Of a DNA stretch of 64,000 nucleotides, positions 29,171-38,076 are shown in pieces. The notes beneath the pieces are model-generated. The model worked only from the letters and a program-made list of their open reading frames with translations, was not told the DNA's origin and ran no database searches. Origin of the DNA: Alphaproteobacteria bacterium (GTDB taxonomy: Bacteria > Pseudomonadota > Alphaproteobacteria > SP197); contig OZ219917.1 in assembly GCA_964291415.2 (NCBI GenBank), forward strand, positions 1,178,012 to 1,242,011, given 5' to 3'. The position numbers and the translations under genes were made by a program. Every line of letters starts with the position of its first letter. Within the stretch, counting starts at the first letter, position 1.

Positions 29171-29599
29171 TCAGGTGCGGTTGCGCGCGTACACCTCTTC
29201 CTCGATCCTGGCGGCGCGGCTGTCCTGCAGGACCTGTTCGAGCAGGCGGACCATCGTCCCGTGATGGCCGGTGCGGGTCATCGCGTCGAGCCTGACCTCG
29301 AAGAGCACCCTCAGGGTCTCGGCGAAGCCCGGCGTCCCGTCCGTCCCCTCCAGCGCCCGGACGGTCTCGGCGGTGGCCTTGACGGTCTCCAGCAGGGTTC
29401 GCTGTTCTTCCGGGCCGAGGACGAGGCGGGGCGGGTTCCTCACCTTCGACGGCGGGTTGCGGTTGAGCGCGCGATCGACAAGGAGCTTCGACATCGAGAC
29501 GCCCTCGCGGTCCGCAATGGCGCGGATGCGCTCGCGCTCGAGACGGCTGCACGAGATCGAGTGCATGGTGGCCCTCTCCTCGACGCGCCGGCCCGTCAC
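29171..29599 (-). CDS. Ribbon-helix-helix protein 3 (MobC-like)
   Basis: HSISCSRLERERIRAIADREGVSMSKLLVDRAL; GTGA overlap. Confidence 0.75.
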   Translation of the reverse strand: MTGRRVEERATMHSISCSRLERERIRAIADREGVSMSKLLVDRALNRNPPSKVRNPPRLVLGPEEQRTLLETVKATAETVRALEGTDGTPGFAETLRVLFEVRLDAMTRTGHHGTMVRLLEQVLQDSRAARIEEEVYARNRT

Positions 29600-29919
29600 G
29601 GTCCTTCTCTCCCGGCATCGCGCTGCGCCTGGAAGTCCCGGGCGGCGAGATAGAGGAACGACAGAGCTTCCATGGCCGTGACGTCGCTCCCCGGCAGGGG
29701 TTCCATCAGGTCCTCGAGAAGAAGCAGGGTCCGGTTCACCCGGTTGAGGAGGTCGCGCTGCTCCGCTTCCGTGAGCGTCAGGCGCATGTCGTCCTCGTCC
29801 TCCAGAGCACAGGCGACGAAAAAGCGCGAGATCGTCATCTTCGCCTCCTTCGCCCGCCGGCCGATCTCCGCCCAGTCGCTCGGCCGGCAGCTGACGCTGA
29901 ACTGCTGGTGGCGTCTCAT
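29596..29919 (-). CDS. Ribbon-helix-helix protein 2 (MobC-like)
   Basis: FSVSCRPSDWAEIGRRAKEAKMTISRFFVACAL; ATGA overlap. Confidence 0.75.
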   Translation of the reverse strand: MRRHQQFSVSCRPSDWAEIGRRAKEAKMTISRFFVACALEDEDDMRLTLTEAEQRDLLNRVNRTLLLLEDLMEPLPGSDVTAMEALSFLYLAARDFQAQRDAGREGP

Positions 29920-30248
29920 GTGCCCGGCTCCGTCCCGTCCATGCGGGCCTCGGCTTCCAGCAACGCCTCGACCTCGTCGCCGATCGCCCGCCAGGCCTCG
30001 CCCTCGCCGGCGCGCTCGAAGCGGTATTGCTCGATGCGGGCGAGCACCATGAGGCGGTGGGCAAGGCGCCACTGCAGGTCGGCCGGCAGGCCCTCCGGTC
30101 GTGGTGGCGTTGTGGCCAGGGCCCGCTGCACGACGTAGCGGGACTTGGGCATGTCGAGAGCCTTCGCGTTCTCGTCGATCCGCGCCCACTCGCTGTCCGT
30201 GGCCATGATGGTGCGCGCCTTGCGGCGCGGATCCTTCGCCTCCATCAT
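29916..30248 (-). CDS. Ribbon-helix-helix protein 1 (MobC-like)
   Basis: RTIMATDSEWARIDENAKALDMPKSRYVVQRAL. Confidence 0.75.
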   Translation of the reverse strand: MMEAKDPRRKARTIMATDSEWARIDENAKALDMPKSRYVVQRALATTPPRPEGLPADLQWRLAHRLMVLARIEQYRFERAGEGEAWRAIGDEVEALLEAEARMDGTEPGT

Positions 30249-30557
30249 GGGCTCATGCGCCGGCTGACGGAACGACACAGGGAAGCCGTGACGGCGTGTC
30301 GGACCGGGAAATCGGGAGATTCAACGGTCCAACAACACCATGGGTTCCATGTGTCCCCATTGTGCGGCTTTGACGTGGATGGCGGGTGTTGTGCGGTACC
30401 TGGGCCATGCTGGCAATGCTACGGAATTTTTCCGCAACTGCAACTATGAGACGACAGAAATGTCTTCTTGTATACGCCTTGTGTCGTCGTCAGGGGTTGA
30501 CGGGGTCATGTTTATCACGTAGTTACAGCAGCATGGAGAGAAGGCGGAAGCGTAAGG

Positions 30558-30586
30558 TTGTTTGATATATGTGTGATTGTCACTAT
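30558..30586 (+). promoter_or_regulatory. Candidate outward-facing promoter at the element right end
   Basis: TTGTTT-N17-CACTAT with TGn extended -10, in an AT-rich tract 8 bp before attR. Confidence 0.35.
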
Positions 30587-30594
30587 TGGTCTGT

Positions 30595-30605
30595 CACACC
30601 GACCA
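30595..30605 (+). repeat. attR core CACACCGACCA
   Basis: Identical to 7973-7983. Confidence 0.92.
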
Positions 30606-31161
30606 GTCCTACGAGGAGGTGCCGGCGAGCGCCACCATGCTCTATTCGATCCTGGCGCCCCGTGCAGGTGGCGAAACGCAGTTCTGCGACATGGCGGGGG
30701 CCTATGATTCCCTCGACGCCGCCACCAGGGAGAGGATCGACTCCCTCGAGGTGGCGCACAAGTACGGACGTGGCCGCCGCCTTGCGGGCGAAGCCACGGT
30801 CAATCCGATCATCAACGACGACCAGGACCGCCGGGTGCCGCCGGTCCATCACCCACTGGTGATGCGCCATCCGGTCACCGGCAGGAAGACACTCTACGCA
30901 ATCGGTCACGGAGCCTACGCCATCAGGGACATGGCCTCTAGGGAGGCCGGTGCGTTGCTCGATTCGCTGAAGGCCCATGCGTTGCGCGAGGAGCATATCT
31001 ATCGTCACCACTATCGCCCGGGCGATCTCGTCATCTGGGATACCCTGCAGACGATGCATGCGGCGAGCCCCATCGCCTTTGCCACGTCGCAGGAGAACGC
31101 CCGCCTTCTCTGGCGGATCAGCGTGCGCGGACTGCCGCAGGTCCTGTCACGGACCGTCTGA
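30595..31161 (+). pseudogene. TauD/TfdA dioxygenase, 3-prime part
   Basis: HTDQSYEEVPASATML, GGETQFCDM, HPLVMRHPVTGRKTLY, GDLVIWDTLQTMHAA, RLLWR. Confidence 0.92.
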
Positions 31162-31164
31162 TCG

Positions 31165-31578
31165 ATGTCGCCGGTCAGCGGAGGGTGCCTGTGCGGCGCC
31201 GTGCGGTATCGCATCGATGCGCCGCCGCTGTGGACGGCCTACTGTCACTGCCGGAGTTGCCGGCGCGCCACCGGCGCTCCCGTTTCCGCCTTTGTCGGGG
31301 CGGCCGCGTCGTCCGTGACCTTCACCGCCGGCCATCGGGCCATCCATGAATCCTCGCCCGGCGTCAGGCGAGGGTTCTGCGCTTCCTGCGGCACACCGTT
31401 GACCTACGAATCGGACGAGGTCCCCGGTGAAATCCACTTCTTTACGGGGACCTTCGACGACCCCGATTCCCTGCCACCCGCCCTGCATGTCTGGCACGAG
31501 GAGGCGCTTGCTTGGTTCGATACCGACGATGCGCTTGTCCGCCACGCACGAGGCAGTGGCCGCCTGGACGACAGGTGA
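31165..31578 (+). CDS. GFA family Zn-binding protein
   Basis: GGCLCGAVRY, CHCRSCRRATG, RGFCASCGT. Confidence 0.9.
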   Translation: MSPVSGGCLCGAVRYRIDAPPLWTAYCHCRSCRRATGAPVSAFVGAAASSVTFTAGHRAIHESSPGVRRGFCASCGTPLTYESDEVPGEIHFFTGTFDDPDSLPPALHVWHEEALAWFDTDDALVRHARGSGRLDDR

Positions 31579-31583
31579 GGGCT

Positions 31584-31835
31584 TCAGGCAAGGAGGGCGA
31601 AGACACCGCCGATGGCGATGATCACGAAGCCTGTGACCATGAACTTCGCCATCGAGAGCCTGAAGCGCGGGTTGGTGATATCCGCATGCTCGCGCTGGTG
31701 TTCCGTAAAGCTCATGTTGAGAATGTTGGCGAGCGAAAGCAGCCCGAACCCGACGATCATGATGCCCAGGGTGATGAAGATGACGGCCGCCACGTCCATG
31801 GATACCGATGGTACACGAAGGACGACGCGATACAA
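31584..31835 (-). CDS. Small two-TM membrane protein
   Basis: Two hydrophobic helices; start uncertain. Confidence 0.5.
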   Translation of the reverse strand: MYRVVLRVPSVSMDVAAVIFITLGIMIVGFGLLSLANILNMSFTEHQREHADITNPRFRLSMAKFMVTGFVIIAIGGVFALLA

Positions 31836-32182
31836 TCGACCGACGCGTCGTTGCCGCTGGAGAAGACGAACACGCCTCTGGCAGATCCCACCCTGTCAAT
31901 CGCGCATGCAGAAGAGCTGCAGGCCGCTGACGTCCACGGCACTGCCGCCCGGGCATGTCTCCGGCGTTCCCAGGCCGTCTTGTCCCCGCGGTGCGAGGAG
32001 TCAATCATCGGGGAGCGCCGACGGTTCCGATCGAGGGATTCAGGGAGGACGTCGGCAACCATGACCGAGATCCGGAGGGTCTTGGGTTTCGGGCGTGGTC
32101 CGTGGTATCCGTCGGTCATGTCGAGCAACCCTGGCAAACGCGCTTCCCCAATGGTGTTGCCACGACTCGGTCATTCCTCGGG

Positions 32183-32977
32183 ATGACACCCGGCGGACAT
32201 TCGCGTCTTTCGACGTTCGCGACAATGGCCCTCGCGGCCGGACTGTGTCTGGTGTGCGAACTCGCCCTTGCCGGAGACTACTATCTGCGCGGCGGCATCG
32301 GCCTCGACAGGCGGGAGACGGCAGACTTTACCGACACCGATTGCTCCACGGCCACTCCGGCGGCGCTCTACGGCTGCGGAACCGGAGGCGATGGTGCGCC
32401 CTATCGTTCGACGGGAGACTTCGGGACGGTGCCCTCGGTGGAACTCGGACTGGGCTACGATACCGGGGCGGTCCGGTTCGAGGTGCTGGCCGAGTACCGG
32501 CCCGGCTACTCCTTCGAGGGCCGCGCGAACTTCCTGGCGCCGGAGCGCCGGCAGGACGTATCGGCAGACCTGTCGTCTCTCTCCGGGATGATCGCCGGTT
32601 TCGTTGATCTCACCGCCCTGGGGGCGCCCGAATTCGGCCCCTTTGCGCCCTTCATCGGTGCGGGAATCGGCGCCGTGCACACCAGGATCGGGCAAACGAC
32701 CATGACGTTTCCGGCGACGACGACCATCGTGCCGGGCGGCAGCCGGACCGGACTGGCGTGGATGGCGACGGCCGGGGTCGCACTGGCGCTCGACGAGCGC
32801 GTCAGCCTCGATCTGGCCTGGCGCTACACGGACCTCGGCGAGGTCCGCACGCCGCGCGGGCCGGGCCGGGTCGTCTGGCGCGACGGAAGCCGGGCGCCAT
32901 TGCCGCTTGATCTCGCGCCGACCAAGGCGAGGCTCGAGAGCCACGGCGTCCGGCTGTCTCTGCGTTACAGGTTCTGA
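32183..32977 (+). CDS. Outer-membrane beta-barrel protein (opacity/porin-like)
   Basis: Signal peptide, YYLRGGIG, PFIGAGIG, LDLAWRY, C-terminal LRYRF. Confidence 0.85.
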   Translation: MTPGGHSRLSTFATMALAAGLCLVCELALAGDYYLRGGIGLDRRETADFTDTDCSTATPAALYGCGTGGDGAPYRSTGDFGTVPSVELGLGYDTGAVRFEVLAEYRPGYSFEGRANFLAPERRQDVSADLSSLSGMIAGFVDLTALGAPEFGPFAPFIGAGIGAVHTRIGQTTMTFPATTTIVPGGSRTGLAWMATAGVALALDERVSLDLAWRYTDLGEVRTPRGPGRVVWRDGSRAPLPLDLAPTKARLESHGVRLSLRYRF

Positions 32978-33230
32978 CGACGGTACCTCTCTCCTGGTGG
33001 ACGTTGTCTCACGAACCTCAGACTTGCAGGTCCGATGCGCACTGTGATTCTCCTCATTGGCGCCGTTGCCAGCGGTCGTGCCAGGATCGATCCGGACGAG
33101 AGGCAAGCGTCGGCGCGGCTCTGCCAACAAGCCGACCCCGGTGCTTGCGTCGCATCGCCGGTCTGCTTCATGCCTCCATTTCCCCTGCGGCGAACATGCT
33201 TGTGATCGGAACGGCGCCTGCCGTTGCTTC

Positions 33231-34445
33231 ATGATGTTTCGCCTCATCGAGAGAAACGCTCGTTTCCGGGTCTTCGTGCTTGCGCAATGCGTCCTGAACG
33301 CCGCGGAAGCCGCAGGCGATGTCATCATTCCCCTGATCGTTCTTGACCTCACCGGATCTGCAACCCTTGTGTCGTTCGTTGTCGTCCTGGAGATGGTGCC
33401 GTACTTCGTGTTTCATCTTCCATTCGGCGCCATCCTCGATCGGCGCGACCGAAAGCGGCTGATGATCCTGGCCGATCTCGGCCGTGCCCTCCTGCTTCTC
33501 CTTGTCGTCATCGTCCACCTTCTGAACGGACCTGTTCTCATCGCCCTGTTTGCGGCTGCCGTACCGTTCGGAACCCTGTCGTCGGTCTCGAATGCGGCGC
33601 GGTCGGCGATCGTGCCGCAGCTCGTCGAGAAGACCGAACTTGAAGGCGCCTACGGATGGACGGAGGCCACCGAGTCGGTTGCCTGGATCGCCGGACCCGC
33701 CGTCGCCGGCTTCACCGTGGCGATGGTTGGAGCCGTCGAGGCACTGTCGCTCGTATCCGCGTTTCTCGCCGCATTCGCCCTTGCGATCCTTTTCGTCAGG
33801 ATCGACTCACCGGCCGACGTCTCTTCAAGCAACGGCAGCCTCCTGCGCGATATCCGCGAGGGCCTGGTGTTCTTCCTGGGTCATGCGCGCCTGCGCACCA
33901 TGCAGTTGATCTGGACCGCCTACGGTGCCGTCGGATACGGCGTTGTCCTGGGACTTGTCTACGTGGGTTCCGGAGGTGATGCCAGCGATGCCCTCGCGGC
34001 GTCCTACGCCGTGTCTTCCTATGCGGCCGGTTCAGTGTTGGGGACGTTGTGTTCCGGCTATCTCAGGTTGAGGAGCGGGAACATCCCGGCCTGTTGTCTG
34101 ATCGTGTTTTCGGCCGGCGCGGCGCTCGTTGCCCAGGGGGGCCTTCATTTCCTTACTTCTGGCGCCTTCCTCATCGGAGCCGGCGAAGGATTCCTGCTTG
34201 TGCTCTACCTCTCGGCCAGGGCCTCGCACACGCCCGACCACCTGATGGCACGCGTCGTGAGTGCCTCCGCCCTGCTCGACAAGGGAGCGGGAATGCTGGC
34301 CGCGTTGTGGATCGGATTCTCGTTAAGCCTCGTCGGCGGCGGCGCAACGTTCCTGGTGATCGCGGGGCTCGGCATGGTCCTGGCGTTCCTCGCAGTTGTG
34401 TTCAGATCGGGGCTGGAACGCCGAACCGGTTCCCCCGGTCCCTGA
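33231..34445 (+). CDS. MFS transporter
   Basis: GAILDRRDRKRLMILADLGR motif, about 12 hydrophobic segments. Confidence 0.85.
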   Translation: MMFRLIERNARFRVFVLAQCVLNAAEAAGDVIIPLIVLDLTGSATLVSFVVVLEMVPYFVFHLPFGAILDRRDRKRLMILADLGRALLLLLVVIVHLLNGPVLIALFAAAVPFGTLSSVSNAARSAIVPQLVEKTELEGAYGWTEATESVAWIAGPAVAGFTVAMVGAVEALSLVSAFLAAFALAILFVRIDSPADVSSSNGSLLRDIREGLVFFLGHARLRTMQLIWTAYGAVGYGVVLGLVYVGSGGDASDALAASYAVSSYAAGSVLGTLCSGYLRLRSGNIPACCLIVFSAGAALVAQGGLHFLTSGAFLIGAGEGFLLVLYLSARASHTPDHLMARVVSASALLDKGAGMLAALWIGFSLSLVGGGATFLVIAGLGMVLAFLAVVFRSGLERRTGSPGP

Positions 34446-34654
34446 CGACGTCGGGCGGGAGGCATGCGTGGCCAGGATTGACTCGCTATCTCCCTTCCAG
34501 TCCCCAGGCATTCAGGTCGGCCTGTCGGAACACGGGGACCAGGCATGGTAGAACGCGGGATCCAGCCGAACACGATTGACCGGTCTTCAGTGTGTCTGGG
34601 GAGGCTGGCAAAAGGGCGGGCCTTCAGCCGAGCCGCGTGATTGGAGTGATTCAC

Positions 34655-35086
34655 ATGAAACCGGACGAGATGACGCGTGGCGGGTGTCTTTGCGGCAGCA
34701 TTCGATTCCGCATCGATGGAAAGATTGGAGACGCCAACTACTGCCATTGTCGAGATTGTCGACGCGCGAATGGCAGTGCGTTCAATGTCGGTGTGCGGGT
34801 TGAGAAGTCGGCGTTCAGTCTTGAAGGTTCTTCACTCTCCTCGTTCACAACGTCTGGAGAGAGTGGGGGAGAGGTTGCGCGATTCTTCTGCAGGGTTTGC
34901 GGATCACCTGTCTTCACGAGTTCATCTCGCAATGACAAGGTCGTCCATGTGAAGGCGGGGTCATTTGACGACCCCGATGTCGTTGTTCCCGGATATCAGA
35001 TTTGGACTGTTTCAAGAGTGCGGTGGGCGAAGCCGCCGCCTGAGATCGTCTCATTCTGCAAGAACAGGCCGAGGCATAAGCAGTGA
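34655..35086 (+). CDS. GFA family protein
   Basis: GGCLCGSIRF, CHCRDCRR, RFFCRVCGS. Confidence 0.9.
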   Translation: MKPDEMTRGGCLCGSIRFRIDGKIGDANYCHCRDCRRANGSAFNVGVRVEKSAFSLEGSSLSSFTTSGESGGEVARFFCRVCGSPVFTSSSRNDKVVHVKAGSFDDPDVVVPGYQIWTVSRVRWAKPPPEIVSFCKNRPRHKQ

Positions 35087-35775
35087 GCAAGGCAGTGCGG
35101 GAAACGAACACCGGTACTTTTCGTCTTGATGCGCAACGGGAGCCTCTCCTCGCAAGACATCCGACTGATCCGCCAGCCCTCGTATGCGGCGACAGCGGTA
35201 ACGCACACGGATCTCCAGGACGTTCCGGGTGCGCTTCCTCGAAGGGAGGACCTGTGGCAGACGGCGGGACCGGTCGAGGCGTCCGCCTTCAGCGCAACCT
35301 GCCAGGTCCGCCACAGATCGGCCACCAGCTGCCGCCGTCGTCGCGTCTGCGACGGCATCAGGCCGCCATGCTTCCATGGCTCTCCGGTTGGTCATCGAGA
35401 GACCGGCCGGGACTTTCTGACGATCCTTGGTCCGAACGACGGAAAGCGGGTCAGTGCATCACATCCTCGGCATAGGGCAAGGCAGGCGCGGCCAACGGGC
35501 AATCGACATCGACGTGTTGTTCGACAGGCCTGTATGGCTCGCACTCTACGGCCCCGGCCAGCGATCCGGACATTCAGCGCGAGATCATCAAGGGCTTCGA
35601 TTCAATGATGGTCTTGCTCGACGCCATCTTTCGGGATGTGTGTCGCAGTTCTCCGAACCCGGTCGGAAGCGCTCGTTCGGCGACGGTTGAAAAACGTCGC
35701 TAAACCGAAGAAAGTAGCGACGGAACCAGGTGCGATCCATCACTCGCTCTCGTCGCCCGGCGTTCCGGAAAGCGC

Positions 35776-35990
35776 ATGGAGATTCACATCACGGACAACG
35801 CAGGCGGCGTTCCGCCCGACACCATCGACAGGATGCTCAATCCCTTTGTTGCCGCCAGGCCGCCGGAGCGGGGCACTGCGTTGGGCCTTGGTCTCTCAAA
35901 CAATGTCATGTGTCGGCACGGGGGTGGGATCAGAGAGGGGCCTGAACCGGGTGAATTCATCGACATGATTGTCATGCCGCGTACGGAATC
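35776..35990 (+). pseudogene. Degenerate histidine-kinase HATPase fragment
   Basis: ITDNAGGVP...LNPF...GTALGLGLS...HGGGI...PGEF resemble decayed G1/F/G2 boxes. Confidence 0.7.
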
Positions 35991-36053
35991 GCCGTCGGAA
36001 GCGGGCGGTGATGGAATCACGGATATGCGGGACAACGGCCGGGAGCACATCAC

Positions 36054-37319
36054 ATGACGCCAGCGACGAGACGGCACGTTCTCCGGTACGGTCTTGCCGG
36101 ATGCCTGATGGGGCTCGGTGCGAAATCGCTTGGCGCGGCGACGTCATCTGGAGTCACCGACAGTGAGATCGTGCTGGGAATGTCTGCCGCATTCTCAGGG
36201 CCGTCCCGTGGTCTCGGCATAGAGCTGTTTCGCGGAGCGAGCGCCTACTTCGAGCATGTCAACCGGCACGGTGGCGTCGGAGGCAGGAAGGTCGTCCTGA
36301 AGACCTACGACGACGGCTATCAACCCAACCCGGCGGTCAAGAACACGCTGACTCTCATGCTGGAGGACGACGTCTTCGCCTTGTTCGGCTATGTCGGCAC
36401 ACCGACGGTCACGCGTGTCCTTCCCATGCTCAAGAAGTTCCAGGAGAAACAGATCTACCTGTTCTTTCCTTTCACCGGCGCGCAGCCCCAGCGGGAGCCG
36501 CCCTATGGCCCCTTCGCCTTCAATCTGCGCGCCTCCTATCGCCAAGAGACAGCCGGCCTTGTCCAGAACTTCGTCAACATCGGCCGCAGACGCATTGCGG
36601 TCTTCTATCAGGCCGACGCCTACGGCCGCAGCGGCTGGGCGGGTGTGCGCCGGGCGCTCAAGCAGTATGGAGAGCAGATTGTCGGCGAGGCGACCTACAG
36701 GCGGGGCTCGAAGTTTACCGGCGTCATGCGAGATCAGGTGGAGATTCTCAAGGCATCACGCCCCGATGCCGTCATTTGCATCGGAGCGTACGCCGCATGC
36801 GCTGCGTTTCTCCGAGATGCCGTGGACCTTGGGTTGCAGGTGCCTATAGCCAATGTGTCCTTTGTCGGGAGCGAGAATCTGCTCAATCTCATCACACAGG
36901 GGCGCGACGACGGCGAGCGTTACACCGCTCTGCTGGTGAATTCGCAGGTCGTGCCCAGCTACCACGATACGTCGATTCCGGCAGTCAGGCAGTACCAGGA
37001 ATTGATGGCGCGCCATGATCCTTCCGCGCCGCAGGAATTGTTGACGGAAAGCTACACGCCGTTTTCACACAGCTTTGTAAGTCTAGAGGGCTTCCTTGAT
37101 GCCAAGATGATGGTCGAAATTCTGGGACGCCTCGGCGAAATGCCGGAACGTGGGGCGCTGGAGGATGCCGTGTTCAGCATAACGGACTATGACCTGGGGA
37201 TTGGCGAGGCGGTGTCGTTCGGACCGGAGAGGCGTCAAGGCTTGCAAAAGGTCTACTACACCGTAGTCGATGAAGGTCGCTTTGTGCCGCTCCACAACTG
37301 GCAGGAGAGGTTTGCGTGA
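36054..37319 (+). CDS. Type I (Leu/Ile/Val-like) periplasmic binding protein
   Basis: Twin-Arg-like signal (TRRHVL), GVTDSEIVLG, YDDGYQP, GYVGTPT, NLRASY. Confidence 0.9.
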   Translation: MTPATRRHVLRYGLAGCLMGLGAKSLGAATSSGVTDSEIVLGMSAAFSGPSRGLGIELFRGASAYFEHVNRHGGVGGRKVVLKTYDDGYQPNPAVKNTLTLMLEDDVFALFGYVGTPTVTRVLPMLKKFQEKQIYLFFPFTGAQPQREPPYGPFAFNLRASYRQETAGLVQNFVNIGRRRIAVFYQADAYGRSGWAGVRRALKQYGEQIVGEATYRRGSKFTGVMRDQVEILKASRPDAVICIGAYAACAAFLRDAVDLGLQVPIANVSFVGSENLLNLITQGRDDGERYTALLVNSQVVPSYHDTSIPAVRQYQELMARHDPSAPQELLTESYTPFSHSFVSLEGFLDAKMMVEILGRLGEMPERGALEDAVFSITDYDLGIGEAVSFGPERRQGLQKVYYTVVDEGRFVPLHNWQERFA

Positions 37320-37320
37320 C

Positions 37321-38070
37321 ATGAAAATACCGAAACTCTTCCGAAGGACACTCTTTGGCGTTTTCTTTCTGTTCGGTGTGATCGGCGTGTCGACATCCTG
37401 GCTTAGCATTTATGCGGTCGATACACATTTGTCCAAGGAATACGAGGCGAACAGCAAGGGAATTGCGAAGACGATTGCGGATGCCAGTGTCGACATCCTG
37501 TTGAACAGCAACCTGACTGCCTTGCAGTCCCTTATTGATCAGTTCATCGAGATTCAGGGGGTAAGCTACATCTACATTGTCAGCGAAACCGGCGAGATCC
37601 TTGCCCATACCTTCGTCCCGGGCATTCCGGAGGAAATCAGGGCTGGTGACGTGACCAGCACGACGACGGTGGAACGCAGCTTGCCCGGTATGGGCGACTT
37701 CATTGAAGTGGCGAGCCCGATCCTGGCGGGCGTGGCTGGCACGGTGCACATAGGCATGGACACCGGGTTGATCGCCTTGAAGATTCAGAGAGCAATCGGT
37801 CAGCAAGTCTACCTCATGTGCATGATTTTTGTTGTCGGTGTCTTTGCCGCGATTTGGTTCGTCAATTTTGCTGCCAAGCCGGTTGACGGACTTCTGAGCT
37901 TCGCGGTCGGGCTCGCGAGAGAACAATCGGCTGACGGCGCCACGCGTGAGAGGTTGCTGGCGCGCAATGACGAAGCCGGCGATCTGGCACGGCTGATTCT
38001 GCATTTTTCGCGAGTGACAGACGGTCATGGAACGAAACGGCAGTCCGCGTCGGATCGCAGAGACGAGTAG
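37321..38070 (+). CDS. Membrane sensor-like protein (TM-periplasmic-TM-HAMP) with no output domain
   Basis: Two TM helices, KPV...RNDEAGDLA HAMP-like segment, ends shortly after. Confidence 0.7.
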   Translation: MKIPKLFRRTLFGVFFLFGVIGVSTSWLSIYAVDTHLSKEYEANSKGIAKTIADASVDILLNSNLTALQSLIDQFIEIQGVSYIYIVSETGEILAHTFVPGIPEEIRAGDVTSTTTVERSLPGMGDFIEVASPILAGVAGTVHIGMDTGLIALKIQRAIGQQVYLMCMIFVVGVFAAIWFVNFAAKPVDGLLSFAVGLAREQSADGATRERLLARNDEAGDLARLILHFSRVTDGHGTKRQSASDRRDE

Positions 38071-38076
38071 TCAGAA

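Larger units (their letters stand above)
7973..30605. mobile_element. Integrative mobilizable element (dual tyrosine integrases, MOBF relaxase, defence cargo) inserted in a tauD-like gene
   Basis: 11-bp direct repeat at both ends, in-frame gene halves outside, integrases at the left end, relaxase and RHH genes at the right end, no T4SS genes. Confidence 0.92.

Noticed and set aside
30548-30565. GCGTAAGGTTGT as an alternative MOBF nic site
   Set aside because: Only loosely similar to known nic sites and has no adjacent hairpin; not excluded without a nicking assay
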